NCBI RefSeq assembly: GCF_002113885.1
Contig: NW_018407210.1
Coordinates: 874,776-938,775, forward strand
Direction of reading: 5' to 3'
Origin: Mizuhopecten yessoensis
Lineage: Eukaryota
Length of the DNA stretch: 64,000 nt
Below are positions 53,814-64,000 of this stretch, piece by piece. Numbering within the stretch: the stretch's first letter is position 1; every line of letters begins with the position of its first letter. The notes beneath the pieces are model-generated. The model was not told the DNA's origin. It searched no databases and worked only from the letters and a program-made list of their open reading frames with translations. The position numbers and the translations under genes are program-made.

Positions 53814-56218
53814 CACACATCTTACCCCTCACATAAACAGGCACACATCCTACCCCTCGCATAAACAGACACACATCTTACCCCTCACATAAACAGGCAC
53901 ACTGATACTTTACACACATCTTACCCCTCACATAAACAGGCACCCATCCTACCCCTCACATAAACAGGCACACATCCTTCCCCTCACATAAACAGGCACA
54001 CATCCTACCCCTCACACAAACAGGCACACATCCTACCCCTCGCATAAACAGGCACACATCCTACCCCTCACATAAACAGGCTCACATCCTACCCCTCGCA
54101 TAAACAGGCACACATCTTACCCATCAGATAAACAGGCACACATCTTACCCCTCACATAAATGGGCACACATCTTACCCCTCACATAAACGGGCACACATC
54201 CTACCCCTAACATAAACGGGCACACATCCTACCCCTCGCATAAACAGGCACACATCTTACCCATCAGATAAACAGGCACACATCTTACCCCTCACATAAA
54301 TGGGCACACATCTTACCCCTCACATAAACGGGCACACATCCTACCCCTCGCATAAACAGGCACACATCCTACCCCTCGCATAAACAGACACACATCTTAC
54401 CCCTCACATAAACAGGCACACATCCTGCCCCGCACATAAACAGGCACACATCCTACCCCTCACATAAACGGGCACACATCTTACCCATCACATAAACAGG
54501 CACACATCTTACCTATCACATAAACAGGCACACATCTTACCCCTCACATAAATGGGCACACATCTTACCCCTCACATAAACAGGCACACATAAAGTTCTG
54601 CACTAATTATAATGATACTTTACACACATCTTACCCCTCACATAAACAGGCACCCATCCTACCCCTCACATAAACAGGCACCCATCCTACCCCTCACATA
54701 AACAGGCACCCATCCTACCCCTCACATAAACAGGCACCCATCCTACCCCTCACATAAACAGGCACCCATCCTACCCCTCACATAAACAGGCACCCATCCT
54801 ACCCCTCACATAACCAGGCACACATCCTACCCCTCACATAAACAGGCTCACATCCTACCCCTCGCATAAACAGGCACACATCCTACCCCTCACATAAACA
54901 GGCTCACATCCTACCCCTCGCATAAACAGGCACACATCCTACCCCTCGCATAAACAGACACACATCTTACCCCTCACATAAACAGGCACACATCCCACCC
55001 CTCACATAAACAGGTACACATCCTACCCCTCACATAAACAGGCACACATCATACCCCTCACATAAACGGGCACACATCCTACCCCTCACATAAACGGGCA
55101 CACATCCTACCCCTCGCATAAACGGGCACACATCTTAACCCTCACATAAATGGGCACACATCTTACCACTCACATAAACAGGCACACATCTTAACCCTCA
55201 CATAAATGGGCACACATCTTACCCCTCACATAAACGGGCACACATCCTACCCCTCACATAAACGGGCACACATCTTGACCTTCACATAAATGGGCACACA
55301 TCTTACCCCTCACCTAAACGGGCACACATCTTACCCATCACATAAACAGGCACACATCTTACCCATCACATAAACAGGCACACAACCTACCCCTCACATA
55401 AACAGGCACAAATCCTACCCCTCGCATAAACAGGCACACATCTTACCCCTCACATAAACAGTATATGTTCTTACCCATCACATAAACAGGCACACATCTT
55501 ACCCCTCACATAAACAGTATATGTTCTTACCCATCACATAAACAGGCACACATCTTACCCCTCACATAAACGGGCACACATCTTACACATCACATAAACA
55601 GGCACACAACCTACCCCTCACATAAACAGGCACAAATCCTACCCCTCGCATAAACAGGCACACATCTTACCCCTCACATAAACAGGCACGCATCTTAACC
55701 CTCACATAAACGGGCACACATCTTACCCCTCACATAAACAGGCACACGTCTTAACCCTCACATAAACGGGCACACATCCTACCCCTCACATAAACGGGCA
55801 CACATCTTGACCTTCACATAAATGGGCACACATCTTACCCCTCACCTAAACGGGCACACATCTTACCCATCACATAAACAGGCACACAACCTTCCCCTCA
55901 CATAAACAGGCACACATCTTACCCCTCACATAAACAGGCACGCATCTTAACCCTCACATAAACGGGCACACATCTTACCCCTCACCTAAACGGGCACACA
56001 TCTTACCCATCACATAAACAGGCACACAACCTACCACTCACATAAACAGGCACACATCCTACCCCTCGCATAAACGGGCACACATCTTACCCCTCACATA
56101 AACGGGCACACATCTTACACATCACATAAACAGGCACACAACCTACCCCTCACATAAACAGGCACAAATCCTACCCCTCGCATAAACAGGCACACATCTT
56201 ACCCCTCACATAAACAGT
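53814..56218. repeat. 28-bp minisatellite (~85 copies)
   Basis: cacacatcctacccctcacataaacagg. Confidence 0.95.
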
Positions 56219-57329
56219 ATATGTACGACTGCCATGTTCCATTGATACTGTAGCCTAACAAAGTCCTGGTAAAGTAAGAGGAGAAGACGATAGCTGATAA
56301 AAGCCGGAGTGTTAACCACTTTACCAATCCGCCCCTTAAGACAAACTGTACCCGATTCCTGAAAAGTTAAGGGTAACCTGCTTCTGATTGGTTAAAATAA
56401 ACACCCGACACAGAGGTCAGTACAGTAATGTTTATTACATAAACAACAGCAACAAGATTAAGCACAGTGACTGTTAACTCTCCGTAAAGATAGGTGTTCT
56501 GTATTATGTTGCAAATAGAAGAGGCCGACCTCACACAATCTTGTTCTATATAGACGTGATGGTGAATCTGTCGACCAATGATCTGGCTGTGACGGGCTAC
56601 AAACATAGCACCCATAGTTGGTAGTAACTGTGACATCTCAACAGATAACAAACCGTGCACCCATAGTTGGTGGTAACTGTGACATCTCAACAGACAACAA
56701 ACCGTGCACCCATAGTTGGTGGTAACTGTCTCAACAAACTACAAACCGTGCACCTATAGTTGGAGGTTAAAGTCTAAACAGACAACAAACTGTGCACCCA
56801 TAGTTTGTAGTAACTGTCTCAACAGATAATATATACAGCTCACATTCTGTCTCAGCAGACCATTATCTACCTATAAGATTGAATACAACTCTCAAGGACA
56901 GTTTGTTTCTCTTTCTATCTTCTAAGACTAAAAGCTTTTAATTCTTGAGGTTACATTCCTAACTATGACAAAAATGTGTAATTTCAAACAAAAAAATGGA
57001 AGTATAATGTCCAATAACAGTTGTTTTCATTCAACTCACATACCTGGCCTGCTGTCACCTGTTTGAGAGACGACAGGCTTCACACCACTGTAATGTACAC
57101 TCACATCTCTCTTCCTATCGTTCCTTTGTTCAGTTCAATAGCTCCGCAGCACTGACACTAACAAGTGTTTATATTTTAAAAATACATGTAATGACAAAAA
57201 GTTCATCAACATACCGGTATGATATAATACACTTTAATAGTGGAAATTTGAACTTTAATCTATTGGTGTGAAAATGTTTAGGCCATGGTAACACTGAAAT
57301 ACATGATGCTATAGTGTGCTTTAAATCAC

Positions 57330-57840
57330 TCATGTGTGTTATATACCACCTGTGTTTGTTATACCACTTGTGTGTGTTATATACCACTTGTGTGTTATAT
57401 ACCACTCGTGTGTGTTATATACCACTCGTGTGTTATATACCACTCGCGTGTTATATACCACTCGTGTGTTATATACCACCTGTGTTTGTTATACCACTCG
57501 TGTGTGTTATATACCACTCATGTGTTATATACCACTCGTGTGTGTTATATACCACCTGTGTTTGTTATACCACTAGTGTGTTATATACCTCATGTGTGTT
57601 ATATACCACTCGTGTGTTATATACCACTCGTGTGTGTTATATACCACCTGTGTTTGTTATACCACTCGTGTGTGTTATATACCACTAGTGTGTAATATAC
57701 CACTAGTGTGTGTTATATACCACTCGTGTGTTATATACCACTAGTGTGTTATATACCTCATGTGTGTTATATACCTCGTGTGTGTTATACCACTCGTGTG
57801 TGTTATATACCACTCGTGTGTGTTATATACCACTCATGTG
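57330..57840. repeat. 20-22-bp minisatellite
   Basis: gtgttatataccactcgtgt. Confidence 0.9.
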
Positions 57841-58409
57841 TGGATGTGTTCTTGTCAATTTAGGTAAAAATGTATTCCACTTTTACAATAAATATTACAT
57901 GTTTATATTGGTTATTTCAGGATTTCACTTTGACCAATGTCCAGAAACACAAGGCGACACTAAAACAAATTCTGTTGATGTGAAAGACTGATGTTGATCA
58001 CACCTTTCCATCAAATAATGGCATGTGGTATTTCGAGTGGGGACAACATTCCCTAAATATGGAAAGAAACAACACTACAATTAAATAACTTATTTATAAA
58101 TAAAACATTTGTATTATTGACAACCCAACATTTATATTATATCTTACAGCTCACTATTCTTACTCTCCTTCACAGCTCACTACTCACAACACCTCCCTTT
58201 TCGTAACCTCATCGAAAGCTGGGCTAGCTTACTATTTATAATCTCATCAAAAGTCCACTATTCAGGTTCCATTGAACAGCTTACTATTAATATTTCCCAT
58301 TCACAGCTCAATACTCATGTTCTCGACTGCTCACTATTCATTATCTCCTCACCAGTTCACCATTCATATTTTCCAACAGTGCATGTCTATTCATTTGCTC
58401 ATAGTTCAT

Positions 58410-59685
58410 TGTTCATATTCTAGCTCACTTACCATAATTTCCTCAGCAACTAATTTTTCCTGTTCTAGATGTTCCACGATTCATATTCTAGCTCACTTAC
58501 CATAATTTCCTCAGCAACTAATTTTTCCTGTTCTAGATGTTCCACGATTCATATTCTAGCTCACTTACTATAATTTCCTCAGCAGCTAATTTTTCCTGTT
58601 CTAGATGTTTCATGATTCATATTCTAGCTCACTTACTATAATTAGGGCCCCGTATCGGAGATACGGGTGCCCTATAGTAATCACTCTGTCTGTCTGTCCA
58701 TCTGTCTGTCTGTCTGTCTGTCTGTCCGTCCACAAATTTTGTTACTGGCTGATAACTTTGGTATTTATTGACCGATGTACATGTACAAGATGTTTAGTTC
58801 ACAAAAATACACATTGAGGTAAAAAGTCAAGGTCAAAGGTCAAGGTTATTAGGTTCAAAGGTCAAGGTCAAATTTTACATCTTTTCACTGACTTTGACCT
58901 TATGAAGGAAAGTTGATCAGAATTAAACAAGGAGTCAACTGACCAAAGGTAAAGGTCATCGGGTAAGGGGTCAAGGTCAAATTTTGTAGCTTTTCACTGG
59001 TGAACATTTCGCTATGACATTATGGAGCAAAGTTGTTCAAAATTAAACAAAGAGACACACTAGGTAAAAAGTTGAGGTCAAAGGTCAAGGTCAAGGTCAT
59101 TAGGTTCAAAGGTCAAGGTCAAATTTTACATCTTTTCACTGACTTTGACCTTATGAAGCAAAGTTGATCAGAATTAAACAAGGAGTCAACTGACCAAAGA
59201 TCAGGGTCACTGGGTTAATGGTCAAGGTAATTTGGGTCCAAAGGTCAGAAACAAAGTGAATCTCTGACTTTGACCCTGGCTCTTGATGGAGGAGGTATAT
59301 AAGATTAAATAAAACAAATCAAAGCTAACAAATGAGAATTGCACAGGTGTTTACATTTCTGTTAGCCCAGCAAATATGGAGGGGGTAGGAAACAAGACTC
59401 ACATCATAGTACATGTAAAATGTATATTTTGCTTCCTTGCGATTCTTTTTTAAGTCCACATATCAAACGTCAAGCTCAGCTATATGGGCAGATTGCTTCT
59501 TGATGATTATGGGAGATATATTGCCACAAGACGGGGCCCTTACTTGACCTGTCAGTGTTCTAGTTTCCTCAACAGTTAATTTTCCTGTTCTAGATGTTTC
59601 ATGATTCATATTCTAGCTCACTTACTATAATTTCCTCAGCAGCTAATTTTTCCTGTTCTTGATGTTTCACGATTCATATTCCTGC
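58410..59685. repeat. 68-bp array split by HINE C
   Basis: gattcatattctagctcacttaccataatttcctcagcaactaatttttcctgttctagatgttccac on both sides of the insert. Confidence 0.85.
58644..59563 (+). mobile_element. HINE family C inserted in a 68-bp tandem array
   Basis: agggccccgt 5' subTIR/hairpin, (tctg)n, aaggtca-rich internal repeats, 3' acggggccct; the host array resumes in register at a TT site. Confidence 0.8.
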
Positions 59686-59734
59686 CGATATCCTTGACAG
59701 CCCATTATTTATATTCTTCTCCACCACAGCTCTT

Positions 59735-59823
59735 CACCCTTTCACCCCTATGTAACTTTAGTAGACTCGACCCTGCATTGATCTGGATGATACCATTATG
59801 GTCTACAGTGGTGAAAGGGTTCA
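59735..59823. mobile_element. ~90-bp MITE with ccctttcacc TIRs; related copy at 45389-45481
   Basis: accctttcaccc ... ggtgaaagggtt inverted ends with degenerate TTAA-like flanks. Confidence 0.4.
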
Positions 59824-60226
59824 CAACTGTAGACAAGAATCCATGATCCTTCTTTATAAAACAAACAAAATATGTTACAAACAATGGGTAGAAGTGTCGG
59901 ACAGTGAGACTAACAAGCGGTTTACATGATTGGTTGTATGACACATTTATATAATGTTACCTGGTAATACTGTTTGTTTCCATCAACATAGTTTCATGTC
60001 TTCTGGAGTTTCCATGACATGGAGAACCTCAAATACTTTTCACCATAATTTAATATCATACTTCACAAGAAACAGACAACCAGTTTTATTAAATATCCTC
60101 ATTCTGAGGATAAACACGGAAATCCATGGGGTCTGTATTCACAATACTTCAATTGCTATATATAGTGCTCACTGGCATTAATGCTATTGTAAGATAGCTG
60201 TCTTTAAGAATATACACAAATGCCAA

Positions 60227-61495
60227 GGAGGCACGGTTGTCTAGTGGTTGGACGCCGGGCTCGTGACCAAAGGGTTGCGGGTTTGTGTCAAATCACTTTA
60301 CTCTGTTTATTCCAGTTTACGCAGCTGTAAATGAGTATGCAGTTGGGCAGTACTGGAATTGTTGAATGCTAGCTGGGAGTGCCTAAATTGCAGCACCAGC
60401 GGTATGCTCCCCAGGGAGTTGAGAAAGATATTGATTGATTGGAAAGGCCAAATAACCACGGATAATAATCTGTGAACCGCTTTGAGACAACCTACGTTGT
60501 GATAAAGTGGTATACAAGAGGCCCAATGGGCCTGCATCGCTCACCTGGTATAAAACTCACACTTGTAACCTTAAAAGTGATCTAAAATAAAGCTACAGGC
60601 AAAATATCAGTATTAATGATTAAAATTCGTTCAAAAGACCCTGTTATTTTTTTTTTAAACATTTCACCCCTGTGATTGAAAGTCGAACAAAGTCATTATG
60701 TTGAACACATTGTATAGCCTTTCATCTCAGGATGCAACTTGCAAAGTATAAACATCCTGGGACCCATGGTTATTCATAAGAGGTTGTTTAAAGATTTTAA
60801 ACAAATTTGACCCCTGTGACCTTGAATATAAGTCAAAGTCATTCACTTTAACAAACATAGTAGTCCTTGATCCCAGCATATGCTACTAACTAAATATCAA
60901 CATCCTGAGCCTTTTGGTTATTCAGAACAAGTTGTTGAAATATTTTAAACATATTTGCTCCTTGTGACCTTGAATATGATTCAAGGTCATACATTTAAAC
61001 AAACTTGGTAGCCCTTGATCCTAGTATGCTACTGACTAAATATCATCACCCAGGGCATTTTGGTTATTCAGAAGAAGTTGTTTAAAGTTTTTAACATATT
61101 TGACCCCTGTGACCTTGAATATGGGTGAAGGTCATTTATTTGAACAAACTTTGTAGCCCTTTATCTCAGCATGCTACTGGCCAAATATCATTACCCTGGG
61201 CATTTTGGTTATTGAGAAGAAGTTGTTTAAAGTTTTTAACATATTTGACCCCTGTGACCTTGAAAATAGATGAAGGTCATTTATTTGAACAAACTTGGTA
61301 GCCCTTCATCCCAGTTTGCTTCTGGCCAAATATCATCACCCTAGGCCTTTCGGTTATTAAGAAGAAGTCGTTTAAAGTAAAATATTGACGCCAGACGACG
61401 GACGGACGACGGACGTCGCACCACGGCATAAGCTCACTTGGCACTTCGTGCCAGGTGAGCTAATAAGAACCTAAAATTATTATTATTATATTATA
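60227..61495 (+). mobile_element. tRNA-derived SINE interrupted near its tail by a HINE
   Basis: Head ggaggcacggttgtctagtggtt (A box) ... gcgggtttg (degenerate B box); cagctgtaaatgagta core; 3' cgctttgagac...[insert]...taagaac(att)n tail. Confidence 0.65.
60515..61462 (-). mobile_element. HINE with family A-type termini, reverse orientation
   Basis: caagaggccc-aat-gggcctg..gctcacctgg at the left end; (gacg)n and gagctcac/ccaggtgagct at the right end; ~140-bp internal repeats. Confidence 0.8.
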
Positions 61496-62520
61496 ATGAG
61501 CTGCAGTATTGACCAGCAGCTGTGACTTCTGAAATCCCATGTAAATATATCCAGCCCATGTTTTGGGGGATGGTTTTCCCATTATATACTTTTATATTAT
61601 ATTTACATTTCATACTGGCAACAAAGTTGGCTGGATAAAAAAAGAACCGGTCTGTATCGCAAGGATTTCTCATTTCCCAGTTGATACAATCTATGCATAA
61701 CACAAAATGGCTGAAGGTGAACATGTAATTACACAAGGTTTCTCAGGAACAAATCATAATGACAACAAAACTCTTACATAAGTTACATGTAGTTGAACAT
61801 TTAAAGCCATACAAACATACAGGACATATTGTCTTCAACCCCTTACTGACCATGACAATAACTGACCATGACAATAACTGACCATGACACAATGACATGT
61901 AAGTGTTTCATGTACCATCACAAACGCCGACCAACAATCAGGTTGTTTACCTCCGTACACCACACTGATGAGGAACACAAGAGTGCCACAAGGTCCTTGC
62001 AGTAAGAAAAGTCTTGACTTCCTAAATAGATTTGGAATGACTCCAGGTGTATCTTGATACAGCATTATGATGGTCAGAAATGTCTCAGCTTCAAACGACA
62101 AATTTATCAAAATACAGAGTTATCCAGGAGAACATGGGCCTCACTCTAGGTACTTGAGAGTATGTGATCACTAATGTTGCTCAATTCTTTATCAAAAACA
62201 CAAAATCTCGATAAAACATAATCCAGAGTAATGGCAACAGAGCATCCTTGTATATCCTCAACCAGCAATCTGTCCTGTCAACTAGAGCACAGACTCACAT
62301 CAATCCTCGCTTCACCAGACACTTCTGGTAACACATGTTGTACACTACTCAAACATTTGAAACTTTGTAAGTTGGCTGGATGTTGTGGATTTCATGGTTA
62401 ATATATTAACTTATTAAAACAGTTGACAATAAATATGATAAAACCTCCAGGGTCTTGGGGAATGGCCATGTCTTGGTTTATTGTATAATACACCTCCATT
62501 TTATCTCAGCTATAAATAGC

Positions 62521-62579
62521 TCAGTCTGTGTCAGATGAGGAATCCTGCTCTGCTGGGTTCTCAGCACTGGCCGTGCGTC
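62521..62579 (-). CDS. Last coding exon of an unidentified convergent gene (...RTASAENPAEQDSSSDTD*)
   Basis: Minus-strand acceptor tttgttttttag, 59-nt open frame to TGA, minus-strand AATAAA at 62477-62482. Confidence 0.55.
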
Positions 62580-62627
62580 CTAAAAAACAAACCATAAAAA
62601 AATAAGAAAATATTTAGCTAACAAGTA

Positions 62628-64000
62628 CCGTCAATTATTGTGTGTGTTTGACAGACTCAAAGTCAACTGTTGTGTGTGTTTGACAGACTCAAAGTCAATT
62701 ATTGTGTGTGTTTGACAGACTCAAAGTCAATTATTGTGTGCATTTGACAGACTCAAAGTCAACTATTGTGTGTGTTTGACAGATTCATTGTCAAATATTG
62801 TGTGCGTTTGACAGACTCAAGGTCAACTATTGTGTGTTTGACAGACTCAAAGTCAACTGTTGTGTGTGTTTGACAGACTCAAAGTCAATTATTGTGAGTG
62901 TTTGACAGACTCATAGTCAACTGTTGTGTGTGTTTGACAGACTCAAAGTCAATTATTGTGTGTGTTTGACAGATTCATAGTCAATTATTGTGTGCGTTTG
63001 ACAGACTCAAAGTCAACTGTTGTGTGTGTTTGGCAGACTCAAAGTCAACTATTGTGTGTGTTTGACAGACTCAAAGTCAATTATTGTGAGTGCTTGACAG
63101 ACTCATAGTCAACTGTTGTGTGTGTTTGACAGATTCAAAGTCAATTATTGTGTGTGTTTGACAGATTCATAGTCAACTATTGTGTGTGTTTGACAGACTC
63201 AAAGTCAACTATTGTGTGTGTTTGACAGACTCAAAGTCAACTGTTGTGTGTGTTTGACAGACTCAAAGTCAACTATTGTGCGTGTTTGACAGACTCGAAG
63301 TCAACTGTTGTGTGTGTTTGACAGACTCAAAGTCAATTATTGTGTGTGTTTGAGCGACTCGAAGTCAACTATTGTGTGTGTTTGACAGATTCATAGTCAA
63401 CTATTGTGTGTGTTTGACAGACTCAAAGTCAATTATTGTGTGTGTTTGAGCGTCTCGAAGTCAACTATTGTGTGTGTTTGACAGATTCATAGTCAATTAT
63501 TGTGTGTGTTTGACAGTCTCAAAGTCAACTATTGTGTGTTTGACAGACTAAAAGTCAACAATTGTGTGTTTGACAGACTCAAAGACAATTATTGTGTGTG
63601 TTTGAGCGACTCGAAGTACACTATTGTGTGTGTTTGACAGATTCATTTTCAAATATTGTGTGCGTTTGACAGACTCAATGTCATCTATTGTGTGTTTGAC
63701 AGACTCAAAGTCAACTATCGTGTGTGTTTGACAGATTCATTGTCAAATATTGTGTGCGTTTGACAGACTCAATGTCAACTATTGTGTGTTTGACAGACTC
63801 AAAGTCAATTATTGTGAGTGTTTGACAGACTAATAGTCAACTGTTGTGTGTGTTTGACAGACTCAAAGTCAATTATTGTGTGTGTTTGACAGATTCATAG
63901 TCAACTGTTGTGTGTGTTTGACAGACTCAAAGTCAACTATTGTGCGTGTTTGACAGACTCGAAGTCAACTGTTGTGTGTGTTTGACAGACTCAGAGTCAA
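62628..64000. repeat. 32-bp minisatellite (intronic to the minus-strand gene)
   Basis: gtcaactgttgtgtgtgtttgacagactcaaa. Confidence 0.95.

Noticed and set aside
56248-56601. tgtagcc...ggctaca as transposon TIRs
   Set aside because: Only 7 bp of identity and no TSD found
60227-60300. tRNA gene
   Set aside because: B box and cloverleaf are degenerate and the sequence continues into a SINE body and tail

Overview
This is eukaryotic DNA, AT-rich and dense in minisatellites and Helentron-type elements; a bivalve mollusc is inferred from the repeat landscape but not proven. Most of the window is the 3' part of a + strand CIN85/CD2AP-family (SH3KBP1-like) adaptor gene. Eight phase-compatible exons (557-641, 16014-16198, 27056-27206, 28583-28753, 29343-29446, 43437-43547, 45627-45681, 46425-46687) encode a linker, the third SH3 domain, a Pro-rich region, the CPI capping-protein motif and the C-terminal coiled coil. 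The most striking feature is a 4.7-kb intronless ORF (1693-6416) in the first intron. It has an in-phase acceptor, begins with two PxxxPR CIN85-SH3 ligand motifs, carries KEN, D-box, BC-box, DSG-degron and MARCKS-like motifs, and has its own AATAAA, so it looks like a giant alternative last exon that replaces the whole C-terminal half. A candidate internal first exon (13037-13070) would express the complementary C-terminal half. A 42-bp minisatellite tandemly duplicates a splice donor in frame (27184-28132). Mobile DNA includes an AcademH-like element with a RecQ remnant and 9-bp TSD, a Penelope-type hammerhead ribozyme relic amplified in tandem, nested Helentron-associated elements (HINEs), a tRNA-SINE and a truncated retroposon. 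The last exon of an unidentified - strand gene lies at 62521-62579. All calls were made by eye, without database searches.
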